Sequence record: NC_074634.1
DNA: 26,097 nucleotides
Strand: one strand, 5' to 3'
How positions within the stretch are numbered: position 1 is the stretch's first letter; each line of letters starts with the position of its first letter. The translations under genes and the position numbers were made by a program. Shown here piece by piece: positions 7,786 through 16,619 of this stretch. The notes under the pieces were generated by a model. The model had not been told where the DNA came from and did no database searches. It saw nothing but the letters and a program-made list of their open reading frames with translations.

Positions 7786-8124
7786 ATGAGTCTTGACAAT
7801 ATTTTTGGACCAGTTAGACTCATTGTCGATAAATTAAAAGAATTGGAAATGAGAGGGGAGGCTTATGGATTTTCTCAATATTTGCCACAATCAATAATTT
7901 TACACAGAGTGACAGAAAATGGGGCATTATATCAGATATTTATACCGTCATTCCCTTACTATTTTGAATTTCTTGTCGAAAAAGACCCAAAAACTATGAT
8001 GTTGCAAATTTCAGACTATAGAATTGTTTATCCAGCACCAGTAAAAATTTCAGATTCACAAATTATGAAAGAACTAATCCAAGACTATCTTACTATGCAA
8101 CTTGGAGGTGGTGAAAATGAGTGA
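7786..8124 (+). CDS. Hypothetical protein (about 112 aa)
   Basis: Divergent from ORF314 and overlaps the start of the next gene. Start set at MSLDNIFG (7786); 7753 is the alternative. Confidence 0.7.
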   Translation: MSLDNIFGPVRLIVDKLKELEMRGEAYGFSQYLPQSIILHRVTENGALYQIFIPSFPYYFEFLVEKDPKTMMLQISDYRIVYPAPVKISDSQIMKELIQDYLTMQLGGGENE

Positions 8125-8365
8125 AGCCACTTTAATTCTTACTACAATTTCCACAAGTACAACTATAATATTATCAATTCTTACTCTTTACTATAAAATA
8201 AAACAAATGTTTCGTGAGGCAGTGAAAGAAATTGTAAAACAGGAATTGGATAATTTAGTGAGAGAGATTGCAAAAATAAAAGAAAAACAAGATGAACAAC
8301 AAAAAGATATTGAATACTTAAAACAAGAAATTGAAGAAATAAAAAAGAAAATTGAAAAATTATAA
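8117..8365 (+). CDS. Membrane-anchored coiled-coil protein (82 aa)
   Basis: Hydrophobic N-terminus (TLILTTISTSTTIILSILTLYY) followed by a heptad-rich charged tail. RBS GGTGA before ATG 8117. Confidence 0.75.
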   Translation: MSEATLILTTISTSTTIILSILTLYYKIKQMFREAVKEIVKQELDNLVREIAKIKEKQDEQQKDIEYLKQEIEEIKKKIEKL

Positions 8366-8572
8366 TCACTTGACGGTTTTCTCTCTTACTTCCTTCAGAA
8401 TTTTGATAACTTCTTGTGCTTTTTTGTATAGCTCAGATTTTCTAATATTTTCATCCTCAACTGTTGCTAATTCCAACGCCAAGTTGTCTAAGGCGACAAA
8501 CAGCTTAGCGGAAAATTCTTTATCTTGTTTTATCTTTGGTTTTATTTCTTCTATTGTTTCTTTTTCACTCAT
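8366..8572 (-). CDS. Hypothetical helical protein (68 aa)
   Basis: Overlaps the GNAT stop codon, has a GGTGA RBS upstream, and is the last gene of the - strand run starting at ORF482. Confidence 0.7.
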   Translation of the reverse strand: MSEKETIEEIKPKIKQDKEFSAKLFVALDNLALELATVEDENIRKSELYKKAQEVIKILKEVREKTVK

Positions 8573-9062
8573 CTTTTTTCACCTCGTTTTTCGTTTTTTT
8601 GTCTTTTTCGCTTGCATTTAAATATTTTACGAAAACTGGGGTATTTGTTCTTGGTGTATTCCCCACATATTCAAACCCTGCATTCTTGTACAGTGCGTTA
8701 GAATGATTTGGAAAACCTAAAGTCCAAAGCACTTCAATTCCATAAGATTTCAGCAAATCTGCAAGTTTTTCTAAAAATTCGACTAGGTAATCTCCAGGCG
8801 CAGTTTTAGTCACTCTTCTAATGAAATAAGATCTGTCAATTGGAATTTTGTATTTTTCTGCGACAAAACGAAATGGTATCGAATCGTTGATCCATACGAT
8901 AGCCACTATGAAATTATCGCATTCGTATGCAAAATATTTCTGGATCTTTGAAGCCCCTCCGCCATGTGGTATACCCTGGGCATGATATTTCGCAATTAGC
9001 AATCTTGCTAATTCAATATCTTTCTTGTCTTCTAATTCAATTACTTTACATTCTTCTGGCAT
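8565..9062 (-). CDS. GNAT-fold acetyltransferase, Mom-like
   Basis: LIAKYH near the N-terminus, YFIRRV, and LWTLGFPNHSNALYKNAGFEYVG (GNAT motif B, LYxxxGF). Confidence 0.75.
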   Translation of the reverse strand: MPEECKVIELEDKKDIELARLLIAKYHAQGIPHGGGASKIQKYFAYECDNFIVAIVWINDSIPFRFVAEKYKIPIDRSYFIRRVTKTAPGDYLVEFLEKLADLLKSYGIEVLWTLGFPNHSNALYKNAGFEYVGNTPRTNTPVFVKYLNASEKDKKTKNEVKKDE

Positions 9063-9113
9063 TTCAAATATTATTATTCAACATATGCTTTATAAGCAAA
9101 TTGGTATCCAGTT

Positions 9114-9461
9114 TTAGGCATTTATGATGACTTCATCATCTTTACCTACAATTTTAAATTTCCATTTTTTAGTTTTTTTGAAATAAACCAGCACTGCAGG
9201 TTTACAATTACAAAAATTAAACATTTCACAGAAATTAAATAGTTTATCAATTTGGAATTTATCAATCTTTTTCGAAAGTTTTGAAGTTGACTTAACTTCA
9301 ATTGCAAAAATTACGCCATCTTTAGTCGCTATAATGTCGGGTAATGGTTGCTTACCAGAACCAGAAACCGGAATTCTTGCGACTTTGTAACCTTCATTTT
9401 TTAACAAATCCAGTGCTTTATATTCATAATATTTCCCAGAATTATGGATGTTTATCTTCAT
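9114..9461 (-). CDS. hjc: Holliday junction resolvase (Hjc family)
   Basis: GKYYEYKALDLLKNEGYKVARIPVSG..PDIIA..AIEVKST is the PD-(D/E)xK Hjc signature. Confidence 0.95.
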   Translation of the reverse strand: MKINIHNSGKYYEYKALDLLKNEGYKVARIPVSGSGKQPLPDIIATKDGVIFAIEVKSTSKLSKKIDKFQIDKLFNFCEMFNFCNCKPAVLVYFKKTKKWKFKIVGKDDEVIINA

Positions 9462-9469
9462 ATTTTTTA

Positions 9470-10885
9470 TTATCTGTTTGCTATGTTTTTAAAACCTTTA
9501 TTGTAAAATATAGGTTTATAATTTTGCAAGTACACTTTTTTCTGATCTAATTTTCTTTGTGTTTGTATCCTGCCGAGACCTTGTAGTTGTTCCCCGATTT
9601 GTTGTGCAAACTGAAGATCTGCGTCAGAAAGACCGTATAATTTCCATTTTTGTTTCCAATATTGCAAAAATTGATCATACGGTAGTGTCCTGGGACCAGC
9701 GGTATACGATAAGTTACCCTGGTATGTATATCTTGCGACTTGCAGTATTGCAGATGCCACCATTTTTGCATACCAGATGTTGTTATATTTCTTATTTACA
9801 ATTTTTTGTATTCTTTCGTATAATTCATAATTTGAAATATATGTTTCTGCATATTGAGAATTTGAAATATTTGTCGCGCCAGGTCCTAATTCTTGTAAAT
9901 GTTGTCCAAATATTTGACCGAAAACTGAAATTATTGCCCTCTCTGTCGATAAAATTGCAGATAATTGAATGTCGTTTAAGTTCTGATCTGTAGGAAAGTC
10001 TGGCATCAAAACGTTAAAGTCTAGAGGCGTAAGATCTAGGATTATACCAAGTGCATGTGAAAAGTTTTGAATTTTTATGTTGTCGGCAAGAAGTTGATAG
10101 TCATTTTCTCTTTCTGAAAAAGCGGACCGGTCAAACCAAGAGACGTCAAGTGCAACTCCGCTATCAATTATATTGTTTATCAGCGACAAAAATGCTAACA
10201 AATATTTTGCTAAGTCTGGTAAAGAATTGAAATATTGTTGTGGAGTTGTGTTTTTCTGTTGAGCCAATTTTGATAGTGCGTCAGCCACTCCAGTTTTTTC
10301 AACAAGTGAGTAGAGATAATTGTCAACCGCAGGAATTTGTGTTTTTCCAACTCCAAGATTTTCAAATGTTGTAACAGTTACTGTTGTCGGCGGATTAGCA
10401 AAATACGATTCTAATTTTTTACATGCCTGATTATTGAAAATTACTCCAGGGGCAGGGGCGTAAACTGAGGCATCAAAACTTGTTTCATCAAATATTGCAA
10501 TTTGGTACAGTACTGAACAATTTTCGACATATTGATCATAAAGTGAAGTAAAACTGTTGAGGGCGTCAAGTGCTGAAGTTGACGATAATGTCGCTAAATT
10601 GAAAATATTTGATTGCGCAGTGTTTGGTATGAAATTATTCAACACTGATGCTGAAAAATTGTTTATTGCATTTAGGAAATTAATTATGATTTGTGCGAAA
10701 GCAATTCCGTAATTGACATTCATATACGCTGGGACTACAACATTTTCAAGTGAAGTCGGTAAAGTGCTTTCAATTCCTGCTGACAACATTGCCTTGAAGG
10801 CAGGGTAAACATTTTGATTAAATATCTTATTGTAGAGATGATATTTCATTTGTGCAACTGATCTTGAACCTTTTTTCTTTGGCAT
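9470..10885 (-). CDS. Minor virion protein (SIRV2 ORF488-like)
   Basis: Size, N/Q/S-rich composition and position beside hjc. Start set at MPKKKGSRS (10885); 10918 is the alternative. Confidence 0.7.
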   Translation of the reverse strand: MPKKKGSRSVAQMKYHLYNKIFNQNVYPAFKAMLSAGIESTLPTSLENVVVPAYMNVNYGIAFAQIIINFLNAINNFSASVLNNFIPNTAQSNIFNLATLSSTSALDALNSFTSLYDQYVENCSVLYQIAIFDETSFDASVYAPAPGVIFNNQACKKLESYFANPPTTVTVTTFENLGVGKTQIPAVDNYLYSLVEKTGVADALSKLAQQKNTTPQQYFNSLPDLAKYLLAFLSLINNIIDSGVALDVSWFDRSAFSERENDYQLLADNIKIQNFSHALGIILDLTPLDFNVLMPDFPTDQNLNDIQLSAILSTERAIISVFGQIFGQHLQELGPGATNISNSQYAETYISNYELYERIQKIVNKKYNNIWYAKMVASAILQVARYTYQGNLSYTAGPRTLPYDQFLQYWKQKWKLYGLSDADLQFAQQIGEQLQGLGRIQTQRKLDQKKVYLQNYKPIFYNKGFKNIANR

Positions 10886-10926
10886 TTCACATCTGTTTAT
10901 TTTTTCTTTTCTTTTCATTTTTATTG

Positions 10927-10960
10927 CTCAATATCCAACAGTCATATTCATAATATTAAT
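10927..10960 (+). repeat. 34-bp inverted repeat, left arm (overlaps palindrome copy B, 10946-10969)
   Basis: CTCAATATCCAACAGTCATATTCATAATATTAAT matches the reverse complement of 13190-13223 at 33/34 nt. Confidence 0.9.
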
Positions 10961-11023
10961 TATATGCATGTTGCGCATTGAATTTATTTTAACTTGTTGC
11001 GACAAAATAAATAGTGATAAAAA

Positions 11024-11320
11024 ATGAGCCTAACTGGTTTAGAACAAATAGTATTAATTGGATTTTTAGCAGTTGTCGGGGCATTAGTTATTGGATTTGT
11101 AATCTCAGAGATTGCATATATTTTCAATAATAGGCAGGCAACTGAGGCATTTACAAATGCTATGCAACAAATGTCACAAACTACTGTCGTGGCAGTTGAG
11201 AGCGTAAAGGAGACGACAATTACTGCTATCAATTCGATAGCCGGTATGGCGGGATTGAATGACGTAAACTCATTAGCGCATGAAAAAGTGAAACAAAATA
11301 GCCAGTCTCAACAAAAATAA
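11024..11320 (+). CDS. Virus-associated pyramid protein (PVAP, SIRV2 P98 homologue)
   Basis: 98 aa with an N-terminal TM helix, then QMSQTTVVAVESVKETTITAIN and DVNSLAHEK, matching the recalled P98 segments QMSKSTVTAIESIKDTT and DVNSLAREK. Confidence 0.93.
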   Translation: MSLTGLEQIVLIGFLAVVGALVIGFVISEIAYIFNNRQATEAFTNAMQQMSQTTVVAVESVKETTITAINSIAGMAGLNDVNSLAHEKVKQNSQSQQK

Positions 11321-11350
11321 TTATTTTTTTAACCTCTTTTTCCGAATATA

Positions 11351-13138
11351 ATGATCATGAGTAATTTACCCTATCCTTTAAAATACAAATTGCCACTTCA
11401 GTATTTGTCGGTTGAAGATTGGAATAATTTTGTAAATGATCTTCTTCTAGTTTATAATTCACCAACTGGAATTTTAGCACAATATTATAATAATGGAAAT
11501 TTGCAAAATTTAAATGAAGTTTTTGCAAAAACTCTAAACGTTTTGCAACTTTATATTAATGGATATCAGGCATTATACAATCTCAAGAAAGTACTTGCGT
11601 ATACTTTCGGAAATGTTTTCTCATACTATACAACTTACCCGCCAATTAATTTTTCAAATGTTGAGCAGTTAACAAAACTGCCAAGTTTTTATGTGCAAAA
11701 ATACAATATACCTGTTGCAAAAGTCCAACAGATTTTCCAGATATATAATTTCATATTTGAAAAACATTTACCGCAAATTACAAAAACTATGCAAGTGCTA
11801 ATTCCAAAACTTTCATATCGTTATTTACCTTCAATAATTTCCGGCGGGATGGCGACAATTTCAGGATCGCAAACATTATCCCAAATTTTACAAAATGAGT
11901 TTGGAATTTCAAATTTTTCAACATGGAAAGGAGTAACAATTGAAAATTTAAGCAGTAACAACTTGTTTATCAATAATGCAATTGTGCTAATGCCGAAACA
12001 ATGTTTAAAAATTTCTGCCTCTTCACCGTCAGAAGTTACAATTACTGCTCAACAACCATCATTAATTTCAACATTATTAGAATTTGGGGCAATACCTGTT
12101 ACCGCCTATGCGATAACGGTAACGAATAGCCAATCTGATCCTACGTCTTCAAATTTTCAACAATTGCTAACGCTTAATCTATCTGGTATAATTTCTTCAC
12201 CTTCACAATTACTAAATTTGAAATTCTGTCAAGATGTAAACTGCAATACACAATTGTATGCATGGATTGAATATTATACCAGTGATTTATCCACAGTCTA
12301 CATCTGGGTTTTGTTACCCGGTGGAATACCGGCAAATTCTTCAATAACGATATACATGTTTGTAACAAATACAAATCAATATCCTTACACTGGGGTAAAT
12401 TCATATTATAACACGCAATATGATAACGGAATGTATGTTTTTGACGCCTACATGAACTTCATGGGAACTAGCCCAATACCGTCAAACTATAACGCATATA
12501 CAAATATTTCTGGTTTTCCACAATTTGTCGCTGAAAGCGGAACAACTCCAGGGTATTTATATACATTCAATAATGCCAGTGGTAGTTATGATACCGTTTA
12601 TATATCAGCCCCAAATTCTGCAAGAACCCCAGAAATATTTGAAGGCATGGCATATTACAACGGCAGTGCAGACCAACAAGGTATTATGTTTTTCGGGGAA
12701 CTATCGTCAGGGTGGTGTGGGGTTAGCAATCCTGGAAATGCATACTATCTCTGCGACAGTTGGACGACTGATTGGGATCCATACGATGGGGCTGCTTATA
12801 TTTGGCAGGGGTCAACACAAGAAAATTCGTATGGCGAAAGTCTCTTTACGTCAGACGGTTACAATTTCTATCAAGTCATTGCAACGTCAAGTGAAATAAT
12901 TTTCAATGGTGCGACAACAAATAATCCGACCACACCGTATGCACAACTCAACATTCAAAATGTTTTCACTTACAGTGGATCAATTACAGTTTATGGTGAT
13001 GTAGTAGGAACAATTGATGGTTCTGGAGGTGCAACTCACTACGGTTATTGGTACTATGTCAGGGCAAGGGCTTATCCGCCTAATGGAGTAATGCCGACTA
13101 ATTCGCAACCGCAGAAAATTATCGCATATATTACATGA
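11351..13138 (+). CDS. Putative fibre/adhesin with C-terminal DUF2341-like lectin/beta-sandwich region (595 aa)
   Basis: FQQLLTLN...LKF...LYAWIE...IWVLLP..IPANSSITIYM is the DUF2341 pattern. Ends in a Tyr/Gly/Thr-rich tail with YVRARAYPPNGVMP. Confidence 0.75.
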   Translation: MIMSNLPYPLKYKLPLQYLSVEDWNNFVNDLLLVYNSPTGILAQYYNNGNLQNLNEVFAKTLNVLQLYINGYQALYNLKKVLAYTFGNVFSYYTTYPPINFSNVEQLTKLPSFYVQKYNIPVAKVQQIFQIYNFIFEKHLPQITKTMQVLIPKLSYRYLPSIISGGMATISGSQTLSQILQNEFGISNFSTWKGVTIENLSSNNLFINNAIVLMPKQCLKISASSPSEVTITAQQPSLISTLLEFGAIPVTAYAITVTNSQSDPTSSNFQQLLTLNLSGIISSPSQLLNLKFCQDVNCNTQLYAWIEYYTSDLSTVYIWVLLPGGIPANSSITIYMFVTNTNQYPYTGVNSYYNTQYDNGMYVFDAYMNFMGTSPIPSNYNAYTNISGFPQFVAESGTTPGYLYTFNNASGSYDTVYISAPNSARTPEIFEGMAYYNGSADQQGIMFFGELSSGWCGVSNPGNAYYLCDSWTTDWDPYDGAAYIWQGSTQENSYGESLFTSDGYNFYQVIATSSEIIFNGATTNNPTTPYAQLNIQNVFTYSGSITVYGDVVGTIDGSGGATHYGYWYYVRARAYPPNGVMPTNSQPQKIIAYIT

Positions 13139-13189
13139 TTTGATTATTTTTTCCTTAAATGCAATAAATCAAACGACATAATTCTTATG

Positions 13190-13223
13190 ATTAATATTAT
13201 GAATATGACTGTTGAATATTGAG
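13190..13223 (-). repeat. 34-bp inverted repeat, right arm (overlaps palindrome copy C, 13181-13204)
   Basis: Reverse complement reads CTCAATATTCAACAGTCATATTCATAATATTAAT. Confidence 0.9.
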
Positions 13224-13270
13224 TAACAAAAACTATAATAAATATGTTTGTGCATTTTATTTAGATAGAA

Positions 13271-16200
13271 ATGAGTTTTATACTTTCTGGACTTGAAAGC
13301 CTCGAAACATTCTTTTCAGATGAACTTACTGCCCTGGAAAATTTTACAAATTTTTTGGCAAGTGACGTTGTTTCATTTTTCCAAACTGTTTCAACAGATT
13401 TACAAAATTTCATTTCATTTTTAGCAACTGCAATTAGCGATATTCCGACATTTATACAACAGGGTATATCATATTTTGTACAAGTTTTACAAAATGTATT
13501 TTCTAACGTTGCATCTGCAGTATCTGGATTTGTGCAATATGTTGCTAACGCATTACAAGGATTTTTCCAAGATGTCGCAAATCTAATGCAAGGATTTTTA
13601 AATGCAATATATGGATTTTTCTCAAATATTGCAAACGACCTTGCTAATTTTGTAAGTGGTGCAGTTTCCAATTTTGTACAAGGATTTGGTGCAGTGGGAA
13701 CATACATAGGCTCTGCCATACCGCAAATTATAAATCAGGTCACGCCAATTGTCGCCCCATACCTTTTGGCTAGAATTTTGCCAAATGCAATTGATAGATT
13801 GGCAGAAATTTTACCTGGGATTGAAATCGATTTAGCCCCAGTCGGTTTAGGTGGAAAATTTAACATTAAATTTGGAGAAATTGCAAAAATGATAGGTGAG
13901 CCAACCGCTGATTTGATGAAAGAGATCACAGACGAAATGATGTCGTCATTCAAAGAATTTTTGAAAGAACCGTTTATTTCCGATTTCAAGATCACCACAA
14001 GACAAATTTTCAATAGCATTGGACTTGGCGACTTGCCATTTGCTGATCCATCATACCGCGAAATCACATCTTGGGTAGGCGCAAGGTCATTTCAAGAATT
14101 GAAAGATCATTTAAGGGAGACTTTGTTGCTCACGGGATATCCTGCATGGTTCACTGACGCATTTTTAGAACCGCCTGCCGACGATTACATACCCAGAAAC
14201 CCACTTTTCAGACCAGTTTCAATTCGTGACGTGATTATCGCAACTGAATACGGCTTACTACCTTCATCAGCAGTTGAACAATATGCAGAAAATAACTTAA
14301 TAACGAAAAAAACTGCAAAATTAATGTATCAAAATCAGAATTTGAGATTATTCCAGCGTGTAGTCGAACAAGGAGTCCGATCTTTTGTCGTCCAGCCGGA
14401 TAAAGCTTACGACTTAATGTTGTCTAGTATTTCGTTATCAGGTAAAGATCTATTTACAAAATATTTCGAAATTGAATATCAATTTGCAACGCAGAGGTTT
14501 GCGAAACAAGTCCTCAGATCCCTATTGTCAAGAGCACTATCCAATTTTGGTAGACCTTATATAGATATAAAGTATTTATCTAAAACAGTTGATGAAATTT
14601 ATAAGCAACTAAATCTGCCAAAGGAAATCTCACTCCTGTTTGAACAATTAATTACAGAATCTCAATTAATACAGTACAACGAGTTAATTTTCAGATTTTT
14701 ACAATCAAAAGCTGAAAAAGGAATATTTGATCAAAAAGATGAAGAGAAATTGTTAAAAGATTATAATTTTAACGTTAGTGAATCGCTTTTCATTTTACAA
14801 AATTATGTAGATTTACTTATAACAACTGAAGAAATCCAATTAATTCAACAAAAACTGCAGAATTTCTTTATATCTGACAAAGATGCAGAAAAAGAATTGA
14901 AAAAATTAAAAGTAGATAATAGATATGCAAAACTTTTGATTGAGAGATATTACAATTTGACGTTAATGAAAGAGAAAGCAAACGTATATCTTTCACTGTT
15001 GAAAAAAGGATATTACAACAAACATGAAGCAAAAACCATATTTAAAGCACTAGGTTATACTACAACTGTAATTGATGAACTGTTGGATTTATATTCGCAA
15101 GAAATTGCGACAGAATTACAGATTAAGGTAATCCAACAAAAAGCGCAAATGCTTTTATTAGATGCACAAGAGATTGAAACTGAGCTGAAAAAATTACATG
15201 TATCAGATGCTCTTATCCACGGAATTATAACTGAATATCTGCAAATTCCACTTTTGAAGCAACAAATTGCAATTTATGAATCAATGATCAAGAAGGGATA
15301 CGTAAACGCACAAGAAGCGAAAAAAATATTTTCTGCACTTGGATTTAAACAAACTGCAATTGAACATCTGATCCCACTTTACATGAAAGAAATCGAAATT
15401 GAAGCAATAATTTCGAAATATAAAGCACTCCTTCAACACTTCTTGATTGACGAAAAGACCGCTGAACAAGAATTAAGGAAATTGAATATATCTGATGCTC
15501 TAATTGCCGAACTGTTGGCAGAATATTATCAAGTCCCGTTAGCCGAAAAGGTATTCAATATTTACCTCTCTCTTTTAGAGAAAGGTTATACGACAGTGGA
15601 TACAATTAAGAAAATTCTAGGTTCAAAAAATGTTAATGCAACTGCACTTGCAGAAATTTCAAACGCCTACAATTTCGCAATCGAAATTGAAAACTCTATC
15701 AAATATATACAGTCATTACTGAAAAATTTACTAATTGACGATAAAACTGCGGAACAAGAATTGAGAAAATTAGGCGTTTCTGATACACTGATAAAAGCAA
15801 TAATTGCAGAATACACTCCAATTTTGATAAATATAAAAAGTGTCGCACAAACAATAATTGAAGGGGCAATTTACCACATAAGTAAAGTTCCAATTTCTGT
15901 TGCTCACGTTATACCAGAATTGAAAAAATTAAACATTCCAGATAATCAAATTAATGCGCTAATTAATGAAATTGAATCACAAGTTGCGTTAGAAATTTGG
16001 AGGAAATACTTACCAACACTTTCAGATATTAAAACCGCATTGACTTATAATTACCCTGTCGACAAATTATTGCAATTATCTCTCATACCTGCTGAATTAT
16101 TCAATCTACATGCGGACTTAACTAGATATGAAATTGTTGCAAAAGAAGTACAAAATTTAAAGTCGTATTACTCAAAATTATTAACTTACAACATTACAAA

Positions 16201-16618
16201 TCCACAATTAGAACAAATACTGAGACAATACGGGGTTAGTGATCAATTATTGCAAGTTTTACAATTACATGCACAACTAGAAAAAATTCTGACTGCATAT
16301 CAGGAGTTATACTTAACGCCGTCAAAAGTATTGTCAATCGCTGAATATGTTTCAAACCCAGATCAATTAATTCAAAAAGTATTTAGAGAGTATAACGTAC
16401 CGGCTGACTTACAGAGTATCTATCTGGAATACGCAAGAAATAGAAGACTAAGAAAATACATTAGTGAAATAATATCAACAATTTCTCTACTATTTGAAAA
16501 GCATAAGATATCTTTAGACCAGGCAGTCCAGTATTTGTTGCAATTCAAAAAATACGGGCTAACTGACGAAGAAATTGAGTTGATCAAATTAAATTGGCAA
16601 TTAAGGAGTGCGTACTAA
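13271..16618 (+). CDS. Large terminal-fibre/minor virion protein (SIRV2 P1070-like, 1115 aa)
   Basis: Largest ORF. N-terminal amphipathic repeats with 11/7-residue Phe spacing, and C-terminal 96-aa helical repeats. Confidence 0.8.
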   Translation: MSFILSGLESLETFFSDELTALENFTNFLASDVVSFFQTVSTDLQNFISFLATAISDIPTFIQQGISYFVQVLQNVFSNVASAVSGFVQYVANALQGFFQDVANLMQGFLNAIYGFFSNIANDLANFVSGAVSNFVQGFGAVGTYIGSAIPQIINQVTPIVAPYLLARILPNAIDRLAEILPGIEIDLAPVGLGGKFNIKFGEIAKMIGEPTADLMKEITDEMMSSFKEFLKEPFISDFKITTRQIFNSIGLGDLPFADPSYREITSWVGARSFQELKDHLRETLLLTGYPAWFTDAFLEPPADDYIPRNPLFRPVSIRDVIIATEYGLLPSSAVEQYAENNLITKKTAKLMYQNQNLRLFQRVVEQGVRSFVVQPDKAYDLMLSSISLSGKDLFTKYFEIEYQFATQRFAKQVLRSLLSRALSNFGRPYIDIKYLSKTVDEIYKQLNLPKEISLLFEQLITESQLIQYNELIFRFLQSKAEKGIFDQKDEEKLLKDYNFNVSESLFILQNYVDLLITTEEIQLIQQKLQNFFISDKDAEKELKKLKVDNRYAKLLIERYYNLTLMKEKANVYLSLLKKGYYNKHEAKTIFKALGYTTTVIDELLDLYSQEIATELQIKVIQQKAQMLLLDAQEIETELKKLHVSDALIHGIITEYLQIPLLKQQIAIYESMIKKGYVNAQEAKKIFSALGFKQTAIEHLIPLYMKEIEIEAIISKYKALLQHFLIDEKTAEQELRKLNISDALIAELLAEYYQVPLAEKVFNIYLSLLEKGYTTVDTIKKILGSKNVNATALAEISNAYNFAIEIENSIKYIQSLLKNLLIDDKTAEQELRKLGVSDTLIKAIIAEYTPILINIKSVAQTIIEGAIYHISKVPISVAHVIPELKKLNIPDNQINALINEIESQVALEIWRKYLPTLSDIKTALTYNYPVDKLLQLSLIPAELFNLHADLTRYEIVAKEVQNLKSYYSKLLTYNITNPQLEQILRQYGVSDQLLQVLQLHAQLEKILTAYQELYLTPSKVLSIAEYVSNPDQLIQKVFREYNVPADLQSIYLEYARNRRLRKYISEIISTISLLFEKHKISLDQAVQYLLQFKKYGLTDEEIELIKLNWQLRSAY
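14894..15830 (+). repeat. Four EL[KR]KL repeat units at an exact 288-bp (96-aa) period
   Basis: EL[KR]KL codons start at 14894, 15182, 15470 and 15758. The first three are followed by Y-x-S-x-x-x-K-G-Y half-units. Confidence 0.85.
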
Positions 16619-16619
16619 A

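Noticed and set aside
9559-9993. 144-aa + strand ORF; likewise 12525-12899 (-), 20985-21314 (+) and 8352-8621 (+)
   Set aside because: Each lies antisense to better-supported genes.
10927-13223. A dedicated invertase/shufflon system
   Set aside because: No serine or tyrosine recombinase is encoded and no gene is split by the repeats; kept only as a weaker hypothesis among the findings.
13261-14067. 152-aa and 110-aa - strand ORFs
   Set aside because: Antisense shadows of ORF1115 with no RBS or recognisable motif.
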